Source: Squalus acanthias
Lineage: Eukaryota
Direction: 5' to 3'
DNA length: 64,000 bases
NCBI GenBank assembly: GCA_030390025.1
Contig: CM059431.1
Span: 151,592,001 to 151,656,000, forward strand
The translations under genes were made by a program, and so were the position numbers. This document shows, piece after piece, positions 23,782 through 35,198 of the stretch (within the stretch, counting starts at the first letter, position 1; every line of letters starts with the position of its first letter). The notes beneath the pieces were generated by a model, which saw only the letters and a list, made by a program, of their open reading frames with translations, was not told the origin of the DNA and searched no databases.

Positions 23782-26133
23782 ATGGAACGAATTCTAGTAT
23801 TGCTCGCGGCAATCGGATGTGGATTGGCCTATCGAGGCCACACCAAGGATGTCGTGGTGTTTGGATATTCCGGGGACACGGCCCCCATCGTGGTGGATGG
23901 GACCGGAAGGCGAGAGGATGAGGAGACCACCACCTATTTCCACAAGGGAAGGTGGCCAGGATGGCTGGGAACGAATTCAACTGAGTATTCCAGTACATCG
24001 GGTTTTGCCTACAAAGAGACTTCTTTAATGTGCCCCAAAGTTAGGATCATCGCACCCAGAGTCAGCGTCACCGTCGGCAAACGGATTTGTTTGACTTGTA
24101 ATGGGAATGTCCCATTGAGCCGATGGTGGTGGCTACGAAAGCTGAGCAAAAACATGAGGAACTCTTCGGTCGAGTGGGAGCGACTGGGTAATAATACGCA
24201 TCGGACAATTACGGGTACAAACGGACAAGTGAGAGTCTGTTGGGACAAATGGTGGGAACCGGATGAGGGAATTTATGTATGTATGTGGGGGTCAAAGCAC
24301 GTTTGCCCCAAAGGCATCTCCATATTTTTCATCAATCAATGGCAGGATAACGGACAGGGGATGAGGTGGGATGCGAGCACCAGGGGGTGCGGAGCCCCAT
24401 ACTCCCCGATACCGGTAAATGCCACTGAACTCATTACGCGCCCACGCAAAGCCCCGCCCACGATTCCGGTGGTTCTAGCTAAGGAAGAAGGGTGCCCTAA
24501 AACCAGTAAGGGACCCGGGAATGGTTTGGTACTGGTCCCCACAGACCAGATACTATTTCAGGGGGTACATTACGCGGTGACCTCGGTGATTTTAAATCTC
24601 ACCGAGGTGCGGTTACCAGAGTGGTGCCCCAAAAAGACGGTACAGTTATATCAGGTCCTGTTGACCAAGATGTTTAGACAATTTTATGAGTTCGATTTCG
24701 CGGAAATTGATAAAACAAGTTTGTACACCGCACCACATGAAGTTTTGGATCAGGTGGGGAGGCAAAGAAGGGGTGTTGTGAACGACGTGTTCACTGCTTT
24801 CAATACAGGTACATCTGTGGTCAACGCTCTAGGCAGCGTGGAGCTGCAGACCCAGATTAATGGCTTAAAAACGCAATTAAAAAGCATTCTCACAGATGAA
24901 AATAAGGTGGTTGGGTCTGAATTACACGAGGAGCAGGCCATGACTCTCCATTTAAAAGAAATAATAGCTGAACTAGAGAAACATGCGCGTACGGTAAATG
25001 CCCTGATTAGGGAAGATCGGAATGCGTCCGATCACGCTGCGCAGAATGAGGTGTGCGTGCTTTACGGGGCGTGGTTACTGGGCGAGGGCCGCAGTAATTT
25101 GGAGGATTTAAAACAAGGTTTGTTCCCGTCCTGGATAAGTAACAAACACCTGCAGGCGCTCCACCCTTTTTAGAACGCATTAAACCCGTGCCAGCTCAGA
25201 CTAGCTTCAGAAGCATACCCAGTCCCCGTGGACTGCGGACGATCAAACCATACTATCATGGATATAGTATTACGTATGCCGGTTTTGGGCGACACAACAA
25301 AGCCCGCCCCGGTGTATCGGGTAGAGAACATTGGTGTCATTCAGGGGGGAGCCCACATTCGCTGTGCAGCGGTTCCACCTTATGTCACCCGCTGGGAGCA
25401 AACAATGACATGTACAGATCTCTCTGGTTGTCGTGGCCGGGGAGCACACATAATACTGTGTCCCCAGCACTTGAATGCCTTTTTAACACCAGAGTGCGGG
25501 TTCAGAACGGCTGGCGCCAAGCCCATGAATTGCACCATGGAGGCAATGGCACAAGATCATGTGCCTCCGCAGGTAGCATACATCGGGGGTGGAACATATT
25601 GTGTTACCACTGCAGCGCAACACTACCGACATGGAAACCGTAGCCGGTGTCCGGTGAGTGACAGCAGTTTCTGTTTCAAACCCAGGGCGGAAGTTCAAGT
25701 AGCACAACAGTGAATTGTCCCAAACCCTGAACCATCCACAGTGCATCTTACCGTAAAAGAGAACTTCACCGACCTGCAGCGATTCGTCGCGCATTTTGGA
25801 TACCTCATTCCCCCTCTCCCTGAACACCTCACCAAGCTTTTGAAAGCCGTCGCGGTATCGCAAAAACATTTTTACACCCTAGAACAAAAGACTGTCGAGA
25901 TAGGGACAGAAATTCTGGACATATTAATTCCACCGTGTTGGAATCTGTTCACCAACATTGAAGTGCCTTCCTGGATTAGAATAGCCTCCCACATTTTAGT
26001 TGTATGCCAAGTGTTTATTGTGGTATACTTATTGGTCGTGCATTGTAAGAGAGGCAAAAGCCTCACCAAGAACGAAAACACGGGAGAGTGGCGAGAACGT
26101 TACGTGCGCGTGCACGATGAAAGCACTGTGTAA
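23782..26133 (+). pseudogene. env: Envelope glycoprotein (~783 codons): signal peptide, Ig-like domain, furin site, fusion peptide, heptad repeat, Cys-rich domain, TM; two in-frame stops
   Basis: MERILVLLAAIGCGLAY; RQRR/GVVNDVFTAFNTGTSVVNALG with the furin site at 24760-24771; TM at ~25972-26040; ORFs at 23656, 25228 and 25741 share one frame, separated by TAG 25171 and TGA 25711. Confidence 0.88.
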
Positions 26134-26573
26134 ACAGACAAAATAGCGTCACTCCCGTTTTACACGTGCGCCTCGGAAGTGTTGTAATCGATCGTGATTT
26201 TTCTCAGAAACTGTAATTAAGTTTGGAACTCTACATGTTTAAGAGTTGGTTTTGATTATTTTTGTTTGGTGTTGTTGAATATGATTGTTTGGTTTTTTTT
26301 TTGTTGTTTTCTTTTTCCTTGAATTAAAAAATATGCATATACAGGTGGTGCGAGAGGCATCGGCCTGGTTACACCTGGAAGGAAAATACAAGTGGTGTAA
26401 GTTAAAGGCAAATGCTGCCTGCGGTGTTATAAGAATGTAGTTTTTTCTTGGGAAATAAGGACGATACGGAGACCCTAGATAGTTTTAAGTTATGGGAATT
26501 TTTGGATGTGGAGAATCGAGATAATATTGCTCACCACAATATTTTTGATACGATAAGCGGAGTTATTCGCATC

Positions 26574-26585
26574 AACAGGAGGGAC
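26574..26585 (+). promoter_or_regulatory. Polypurine tract (short)
   Basis: AACAGGAGGGAC immediately upstream of the 3' LTR. Confidence 0.65.
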
Positions 26586-28249
26586 TGTAGAATTCGCAAA
26601 ATTATCACGATTTTATAAAATAAGAAGGAGACATATAGTTTCGTACAAACAAGCTTTATTTCAGCAGAATGCTGTCAGGTTTTCAAAGTGGACACAAACA
26701 GCCAGTAAAATGGCCGCCACGCCTCGTGGCAGAACGTTCTAGACTTTTCAATGAGCAAACAAGATGGCGTTCCAATAAACATTTGTGCGAGATCGGACAA
26801 GACTCAGCACATTTGAGATAATTCACAAGACATAATGGGTTGCATTTTACACATAAATACTAGAATCGGTCTCCCAGGTGCGAATAAGGGCTATTGTACC
26901 GAGCGATCAAAACCCATCCAAAGACATTAATATGCAAAATCCCCACGACTCTACGATGAGAGAGCCGTTTGCGGGTAGTTACAGAAAGCATTTGGAAGCC
27001 CCAAAACCCCTCCAGGGAGAATACTGACCGGTTCCACAATGGGAGAAGTATTAACGGGTACTCAGACAGTTACAAGTATCACCGAAACCCATTAAAACGG
27101 AGATCACCCTATACAAGAAGTTTGAGCGCCAAAACCATGACTAAAGAAATACATTAAGATTGGGCGGGAAAAGAGGAATTACAGCACTATAACTGTAAGG
27201 TACAACCGTCCATCTGTCTCTTGACTCTGCCTCTTGACTCTGCCTCTTGACTCTTGCCTCTTGCTCTTGCCGCCTGACTCTTTGCCGCTTGCTCGTGTCT
27301 CTGCCTCTTGCAGCTCTTGCTGTTTGACTTGCTGAAAGACTATTGAACTTTCCGATCCGCCAGGATCAACCTCGTGGCTTGCCGCGAAGATCTGGGCTGT
27401 GAAGCCTTGAAACGGGCACACCATCCCGAGAAGTCGGTAAACGGTGTTGGAACCGAAGGCCCGAGATGAGATGAGATGAGATGAGAAGAGAAGAAGACGA
27501 CAATACGTATCGCCACGGTCAGTAAGCCCCGACCGCGCCTGTAAGTCGAATAAACACTTTTCCTTGCCCAGGAAGACCATTCTTCGAATTTTATCGCATC
27601 GGTGTAAGGGCACAGGAAGACTCTTTTTTGAGTAGTGTCGGAACTCCGAGGACAACACAGATCTTCATGACAGCAGACGGTCCAGCCTGCGAGCCGGAGC
27701 AGAAACGAGTAAACAAGTGGGGTACAGAGACCCCTGATCAACACGTGGATAGTCAGGTGCTGCGGTAAAAACATCCGAGCAGAGTTTCGGAATTCTCCGA
27801 GTTATCACGAGTGGTGAGCATGAGTCTCGATCCTACAAATCTAGTTTAGGACAGGTATTGATAGTGGAGGGTTTAAGTTTTAAGGATAATTGTAATGTGT
27901 GCCCCCTTTTACGATGTGTCGTGCGCTCCTCGTTTCCCTAAAATTAGTTACATAACTGCGTGTAAGATTGTACTGTCATTAATCTGTGCTTATGACATGT
28001 ATTTCGTAATCTTGAATAATATGCAATAAAGATTTTCCATTTTGCACTATTCAACCGGGTCTACCTGAGTTTTCTCTGCATTATTGCTCTCGCACCTAAG
28101 TCCAGTTTCAGAACCGTAAGGGCGAGTGGGTCGAACCACTCACAGGTGTCTAGTGTTACTAGGCTGGCTGGAGACCAGAACAGGCAACAAGGCCTAACCT
28201 CGCACTAGCACCCAGGCTAAGCACAGAGCCACAGGTCTCACCCCTTACA
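26586..28249 (+). repeat. 3' LTR (1664 bp)
   Basis: TGTAGAATTC...CCCCTTACA followed by TSD GGAT. Confidence 0.96.
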
Positions 28250-31200
28250 GGATCTTAGCTACAAGGGCAGGCTGGAGAAGCTGGATGTGTTTTATCGAGT
28301 TATAGACTTTTACAGCACTGAAAGAGGCTCTTCGGCTCATCGTGTCCAGGCCGGCCATCAAGCCCTGACTATTCTAATCCCATTTTCCAGCACTTGGTCC
28401 GTAGCCTTGTATGCTATTGCGTTTCATGTGCTTATCTAAATGCTTCTTTAATATTGTGAGGGTTCCTCCCTCTGCCACCCTTTCAGGCAGATAGTTCCAG
28501 ATTCCAATCACCCTCTGGGTGAAAAAGTTTTTCTTCAAATCCCCTCTAAACCTCCTGCCCCTTACCTTGACACTAATCCCCCTGGTTATTGAACCCTCAA
28601 CTAAGGGGAAATGTTCCTTTCTATCTACCCTGTCTATGCCCCTCATCATTTTGTACACCTCAATCTGGTCCCCCCTCAGCCTTCTCTGGTCTAAGGGAAA
28701 CAACCTCTGCCTGTCCAGTCTCTCTTCATAGCTGAAGCGCTGCAGCCCAGGTAACATCCTGGTGAATCTGCTCTGCAACCTCTTCAATGCAATCATATCC
28801 TTCCTATAGTGTGGCGACCAGAACTGCACACAGTATTCCAGCCGTGGCCTAACTAGCGTTTTGTACAGCTCCAACATAACATTCCTGCTCTTTTATTCTA
28901 TGCCTCGGCTTATGAAGGCAAGTATCCCATGTTCCTTTTTAATGAACTTATCTACCTGCCCTAATGCCTTCAGGGATCGATGCACATGCACACCAAGTGC
29001 CCACTGATCCACTGTCCTTCCTAGTGTACTACCATTCTTTGTGTATTCCCTTGCCTTGTTAGTCCTCCAAAAATGCATCACCTCACACTTTTCAGTGTTA
29101 AAATCAATTTGCCACTGCTCTACCCATCTGGCCAACCCGTCTATATCGTCTTGTAGCCTAAGGCATCCCTCCTCGCTATTTACCACTCCACCATTTTTCG
29201 TGTCATCGGCGAACTTACAGATCATACCTCCTACATTCATATCTAAATCATTAATGTACACTGCAAACAGCAAAGGACCCAGCACCGATCCCTGCGGTAC
29301 ACTACTGGACACAGGCTTCCAGTCACAAAAACAAACTTCGACCATCATGCTCTGCCTCCTGCCACTAAGCCAATTTTAGATCCAATGTGCCAAAATACTC
29401 TGGATCCCATGGGCTCTTACCTTTTTGACCAGTCTCCCATGCGGGACATTGGCAGAAGCCTTACTGAAGTCGATGTATACCACAGCAACTGCACTACCCT
29501 CATCCACACACCTAGTCACCCCCTCGAAAAATTCAATCAAATTGGTTAGACATGGTCTCCCCCTGACAAAGACATGCTCACTATCCTTGATTAATCCTTG
29601 CCTCTCCAAGTGCAGATAATTTCTGTCCCGCAGAATGTTTTACAATAATTTACCTACCACTGATGTTAGGCTCACTGGCCTGTAATTCCCTAGTTTAACC
29701 CTACTCCCCTGCTTGAATAACTGTACTACATTGGTGCCCTCCAGTCCTCTGGCACATCCCCTTTGGCCAGAGAGGTTCTGAAAATTTGCGTCAGATCACC
29801 TGCAATCTCCTCCCTTGCCTTACACAGCAGCCTGTGATACATCTCGTCTGTGCCTGGGGATTTATCCACTTTTAAGCCCGCTAAACCGCTAGTAACTCCT
29901 CCATCTCAATACTAATTTCTTCAAGTATATCAAAATCCCCCTGCCTGATTTCTATGCCTACATCGTCCTTCTCCACAGTGAACATAGATGCAATATATTA
30001 ATTGAAATCCTCACTCACATCTTCTGGCTCTACACACAGATTGCCTCTTTGGTCCCTAATGGGCCCTACTCTTTCCCTGGTTATCCTCTTGCCATTAATA
30101 TACTTCAAAAACACCTTGGGATTTTCCTTTATTTTGCCCGCCAGTGTTTTTGCATGCCCCCTCTTCGTTCTCCTAATTATTTTTTGAAGTAAACTCTGCA
30201 CTTTCTGTACTCCTCTAGGGTTTCCACTGTTTTTAGTCCTTTGGATCTGCAAACGCTTCCCTTTTTTTCCGAATCCATCTGGGCTTGTTGGTCCCACCCT
30301 TGACCTTTACGGCAACATGTTGGGGTTGTACTCTCTCTATTTCATTTCTGAAAGACTCCCACTGCTCCGATGTCGATTTTCCTACAAGTAGCTGATACCA
30401 GTCCACTTTGGCCAGATCTAGCCTTATCATATTAAAGTCGGCCTTCCCCCAATTTGGAACCTTTATTTCCGGTCCATCTTTGTCCTTTTCCATGACTACC
30501 TTAAATCTCAACGAATTATGGTCAGTAACAACAAAATGCTCCCTACTTACACTTCTGCCACTTGTCCGGATACATCCCCTTGAATTAGGTCCAGTAGCGC
30601 CCCCTCTCTTCTAGGACTTTCTACAAGCTGGCTCAAAAAGCTCTCCTGGATGCACTTTAAGAATTCCGCACCCTCTAAGCCTTTCACACTCTGACTATCC
30701 AAGTTAATATTACCCTATTATTTCTACATTTCTCTGAGATTTGCCTACATATCTGTTCCTCTTCCTCTCCCTGACTGTTTGGGGGCCGATAGTACACTCC
30801 CAGCAATGCGCTTGCCACCTTTTAGTTTTTAAGTTCTACCCATATGGCCTTATTAGAGAAACCTGCGAAGATATCAGCCCTCCTTACAGCATTCATTGAC
30901 TCCTTGATTAATATTGCGACACCCCGTCGTCTTTTACGCCACTCTCTGTCTCGCCTGAAGATTCTATACCTTGGAATATTGAGCTGCCAGCCCTGTCGTT
31001 CCCTCAACATTGTCTCTGTGATAGCAACAATATCATACTCCCATGTGTTCATCAACACCTTCAATTCATCTGCCTTACTCGTTAGACTCCTTGCATTAAA
31101 ATAAATGCTATCCTGCCTTGCCATAATCCCTTTTGTCGTTACATGTTTGCTCTGCCTTCCAGGCTGACTTATTTTTTCCTCTATATTTGGCTGTGCATCA

Positions 31201-31823
31201 CCCCCTACTCTAGCTCCACTCCGTATCCCATCCCCCTGCCAAGTTTGTTTAAACCCCCCCGCCCCCAACAGTATTCGCAAACCTCCCCGCAAGCATGTTG
31301 GTCCCATTCCAGTTCAGGTGCAACCCGTCCGAATGTACAGTCCCACATTCACCAGAAGCAGACCCAGTAATCCAGGAAACTAAACCACTCCCTCCTGCAC
31401 CAACTCTTTAGCCACGCATTCATCTGCTCTATCCTCCTATTCCTATACTCGCTAGCAGGTGGCACCGGGAGTAATCCAGAGATTACAGCCTTTGAGGTCC
31501 TGCTTTTTAATCTGCTACCTAGCTCACTACCAATGTGAACCACGACCTCTGAATGTTCGCCCTCCCCCTTCAGAATGCCCTGCAGCCGTTCATCGACATC
31601 CTTGACCCAGGGCACCAGGGAGGCAACATACTATCCTTGAGTCATGTCTGCTGCCACAGAAATGGCTATCTGTTCCCCTTACGATAGAATCCCCTATCAC
31701 TATTGCTCTCCCACTCGTTTTCCTCCCCTCCTGTGCAGCTGAGCCACTCGTAGTATCACGGAATAACAACAGAAAACGCTGGAAAAACTCAGCAGGCCAG
31801 GCAGCATCCGTGGAGAGAGAAAG

Positions 31824-31864
31824 AGATTTGACGTTTCAGGTCGATGACCTTTCATCAGAACTGG
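31824..31864 (-). ncRNA. Minimal hammerhead ribozyme-like motif in the Penelope terminal repeat
   Basis: Minus strand reads CAGTT-CTGATGA-A-AGGTC-ATC-GACCT-GAA-ACGT-C: conserved core, 5-bp stem II, palindromic ACGT in place of stem III. Confidence 0.7.
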
Positions 31865-32138
31865 GAAGAGCTGGAAATCAAATAGATTTAAGGCCAGGGT
31901 AAAGCTGGGAAAAGGGGGAGGGGATAAAGGAACAAAGGAGGAGATGAAGAGACATTAAGAGACATTAAGAGATATGCAAGGCTAGAGGTGGTGTTAATGT
32001 GACAGATTAAGGCTGAATGAAGTGTGAAATCTACTGGCAGAATGAAGGACAGCTGCCAGCTTCTAGGAGGAAAAAAAAGGTGGGGGGGACAAATAAAAGG
32101 GTGGATAAAATAAAATATAAATGTGATTGGAGCTGAGG

Positions 32139-33554
32139 TTATGATCTAAAATTGTTGAACTCGATATTGAGTCCAGAGGGCTGTAGCGTGCCTAAACGAA
32201 AGATGAGGTGCTGTTCCTCGAGCTTACGCTGAGCTTCCGTGGAACAGTGTATTAGGCCGAGGACGGTGAGGTCAGAGTGGGAGTGAAGCGGTGAATTAAA
32301 GTGACAGGCCACCGGGAGCTCGGGGTCCCCCTTACGGACTGAACGGAGGTGTTCCGCAAAGCGGTCACCCAATCTGCGTTTGGTCTCCCCAATGTAGAGG
32401 AGTCCACATCGTGAGCAGCGAATACAGTATACTAAATTGCAGGAAGTACAAGTAAATCGCTGTTTCACCTGGAAGGGGTGTTTGGGGCCCTGGACAGTGG
32501 GAAGAGGGGAGGTGTAAGGGCATGTGTTGCATCTCCTGCGCGTGCACGGGAAGGTGCCGGGCGAAGGGGAAGGGGTGCTGGGGGTGGTAGAGGAGTGGAC
32601 TAGGGTGTCGCGGAGGGAGCGGTCCCTGCGGAATGCTGAAAGGGGAGGTGAGGGGAAGATGTGTTTGGTGGTGGGATCACGCTGGAGGTGGCGGAAATGG
32701 CGGAGGATGATCCGTTGAATGTGGAGGCTGGTGGGGTGAAAGGTGAGGACAAGGGGAACCCTATCGTGGTTCCGGGAGGGAGGGGCAGGGGTGAGGGCAG
32801 ATGTGCGGGAGATAGAACGGACACGGTCGAGGGCCGTGTCGACCACGGTAGAGGGGAATCCTCGGTTGAGGAAAAAGGAAGACATGTCGGAAGCACTGGT
32901 ATGGAAGGTGGCATCATCAGAGCAGATGCGGCGGAGACGGAGAAACTGGGAGAATGGAATAGAGTCCTTACAGGAGGCGGGGTGGGAGGAAGTGTAGTCC
33001 AGGTAGCTGTGGGAGTCGGTGGGCTTGTAGTGAATGTTAGTCAATAACCTATCCCCAGAGATGGAGATGGAGAAGTCGAGGAAGGGAAGAGAAGAGTCGG
33101 AGATGGACCATGTGAAGGTGAGGGAAGGGTGGAAATTGGAAGCATAGTGAATGAAATGTTCTAGTTCAGGGCGAGAGCAGGAGACGGCACCGATACAGTC
33201 ATCAATGTACCGGAAAAAGAGGTGAGGGAGGGGACCCGAGTAGGACTGGAACAAAGAGTGTTCCACATATCCCACGAAAAGGCAGGCATAGCTAGGACCC
33301 ATGCGGGTACCCATAGCAACACCTTTAATTTGGAGGAAATGGGTAGAGTCAAAGGAGAAGTTGTTCAATGTGAGAACAAGTTCAGCCAGGCGGAGGAGGG
33401 TGGTGGTGGATGGGGACTGGTTGGGCCTCTGTTCAAGGAAGAAGCGGAGCGCCCTCAGGCCATCCTGGTGGGGAATGGAGGTGTAGAGGGATTGTACGTC
33501 CATAGTGAAGAGGAGACGGTTGGGTTTTCTGTTGTTATTTCGGATTTCCAGCAT
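32139..33554 (-). CDS. Penelope-type reverse transcriptase (N-truncated) + Cys-rich linker + GIY-YIG endonuclease, 471 aa
   Basis: TMDVQSLYTSIP, GVAMGTRMGPSYACL, RYIDD, CTRRRCNTC, VYCIRCSRCGLLYIGET..RFAEH; no stops; first ~10 codons derive from the inverted terminal piece. Confidence 0.88.
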   Translation of the reverse strand: MLEIRNNNRKPNRLLFTMDVQSLYTSIPHQDGLRALRFFLEQRPNQSPSTTTLLRLAELVLTLNNFSFDSTHFLQIKGVAMGTRMGPSYACLFVGYVEHSLFQSYSGPLPHLFFRYIDDCIGAVSCSRPELEHFIHYASNFHPSLTFTWSISDSSLPFLDFSISISGDRLLTNIHYKPTDSHSYLDYTSSHPASCKDSIPFSQFLRLRRICSDDATFHTSASDMSSFFLNRGFPSTVVDTALDRVRSISRTSALTPAPPSRNHDRVPLVLTFHPTSLHIQRIILRHFRHLQRDPTTKHIFPSPPLSAFRRDRSLRDTLVHSSTTPSTPSPSPGTFPCTRRRCNTCPYTSPLPTVQGPKHPFQVKQRFTCTSCNLVYCIRCSRCGLLYIGETKRRLGDRFAEHLRSVRKGDPELPVACHFNSPLHSHSDLTVLGLIHCSTEAQRKLEEQHLIFRLGTLQPSGLNIEFNNFRS

Positions 33555-34321
33555 CTGCTGTATTTTGCTATCGTAGTATCACGGACTTGGCTCTTGCTGC
33601 ATTCCTCTGAGAAACCATCTCCCCCAACAGTATCCAAAACGGAAAATCTGTTGGATCGCGAGTTGGACCCAGTGGAATCCTGCACTACCTTCTTAGTTCT
33701 TTTACTCTGTCTGGCGGTCATCCATTCCTTGTCTGCCTGTGCACTTTTTACCTGCGGTGTGACCACCTCTTTAAACGTGCTATCCACGAAGATCTCAGCT
33801 TTGCGGGTGCACCACAGTGACTCCCGCTGCAGCTCCAGCTCCGAAACGCGGATTTCGAGTAGCTGCGGCTGGATACACTTCCTGCACATGTGTTCGCCCT
33901 GGACACCGAAAATGTCTCTGACTTTCCACATAGCACAGGAGGAGCACTCCACGCTGACTGGCTGCCCTGCCATTTCCTACCCTTAATTTACTCCGTTTAC
34001 TTCCTTTACAATAAAGAATATTAAATACTCTAGGGACCTTATTTCCGTTTAAACACTACTTACTCTGAACTGGAGACCTTATTTTTAATTCAACGACTGG
34101 ACTGTAGAAATACTCACCAGGTCCTACTTACCAATCAGCTCCTCCCCTGCTTGTGACGTCACTTTAGCGGTTTCGCATTTGTTGCTGTTTGACTGCTCCC
34201 GCTCTCGGACTCTCTCCCAACTCGTAGCATCCGGTGTCGGGCCTCCTCTACAGCGTTCCTTTATAGCCGACCGCCTTCTCTTAGGTCCCGCTGCCGCTCC
34301 CACACAGCTGCGCCTCCTCAA

Positions 34322-34553
34322 AATATTTCTCACTCAAGTGTTGTGAATCTTTAGAATCCTTTAACCGTGAGGGCTGTGGATATTCAGTCGTTTATTAATT
34401 TGAAGGCTGAGATCGATACATTTTTGGAGTCTAACGGAATAAAGGGATATGGGGATCGGGCGGGAAAGTGGCGTGCGAAGATCAGCCATGATCTAATTGA
34501 ATGGCTTAGCAGGCTCGAGGGCTGTATGGTCTACTCCTGCTCCTATGCTTTTT
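34322..34553 (+). mobile_element. CR1/HER1-type LINE 3' end
   Basis: KAEIDTFL..GIKGYG followed by the HE1-like tail GAATGGC..CTACTCCTGCTCCTAT. Confidence 0.8.
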
Positions 34554-34911
34554 AATGCCGTTTCCCATTTTCGCACAGGTTTGCTTTTGCAGTTTTTCTT
34601 GCATCTTTACCGCCGTCCGTGTACTGTCTTGCTCACCCAGTGCACGCACTTAGATTTCCTAATGGGACCGCTACTTACATGTTGTGCACATCTTGGCATT
34701 TACGTCAACGTTGCAGTCAGCTCAAGATTATTAAATGTTACTCTCACTCAGGGCATCTTTTTGAAGTGAAGTCTGTGGGAGGAAGTGAGGGTGGGTGGGT
34801 GAGAGAAAAGCGCAGTACAGACTGGATTACTGCATAATGAAATGCAGAATGTGAATGGTGTAATGTTTAATGTCAGCCAATTAATGTCGCTTTATTATGT
34901 TAATGGCGTGA

Positions 34912-34972
34912 GCCCGGATAGCTCAGTCAGTAGAGCATTAGAGGATCCAAGGTTTAAGTCCCTGTTAGGGTG
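34912..34972 (+). pseudogene. tRNA-Lys(UUU)-derived copy with the anticodon loop deleted
   Basis: GCCCGGATAGCTCAGTCAGTAGAGCATTAGA-GGATCCAAGGTTTAAGTCCCTGTTAGGGTG then CTGCTTTT. Confidence 0.8.
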
Positions 34973-35198
34973 CTGCTTTTACATTAAACTTCTCAATTTC
35001 ATCTTTCTCGCATTCCCATGAAACACGAACACTTCACGCTAATCTCATCAATATAGTTTAAAGACTTTTCACTATGGCGGTGCTTTAAGATACAGAGAGC
35101 CTTATTTTCGAGATGATCAATTCTGACTTTCATGCAGCCCCATGAAACACGAGTATTTCAAGCTGATCGTTCCAGTTTTCTCAATAAAACTTATTAAT

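Larger units (their letters stand above)
15507..28249 (+). mobile_element. Full-length endogenous retrovirus-like provirus (LTR-gag-pol-env-LTR), lokiretrovirus-like, defective
   Basis: Two near-identical LTRs with TG..CA ends, TSD GGAT (15503-15506 / 28250-28253), PBS, PPT, and gag/pol/env homology motifs. Confidence 0.95.
31763..33570 (-). mobile_element. Young Penelope-like element, 5'-truncated, with an inverted terminal-repeat piece
   Basis: 15-bp TSD TCGTAGTATCACGGA (31748-31762 / 33571-33585); uninterrupted RT + GIY-YIG ORF. Confidence 0.95.
28295..34320 (-). mobile_element. Near full-length CR1 LINE (5'UTR, ORF1 Zn-finger/esterase, ORF2), decayed, interrupted by a Penelope element
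   Basis: MAGQPVSVECSSCAMW..HMCRKC (ORF1 start near 33973), SKAVISGLLPVP, YFNARSL, VPQGSVLGP, KFADDTK; same family as 1-2972 and 46510-50690. Confidence 0.92.

Noticed and set aside
15507..28249. Replication-competent virus or domesticated (syncytin-like) env
   Set aside because: gag, pol and env all carry stops or frameshifts, and the PR and IN catalytic motifs are mutated
33222..33986. 254-aa plus-strand ORF
   Set aside because: Antisense read across a Penelope/CR1 junction
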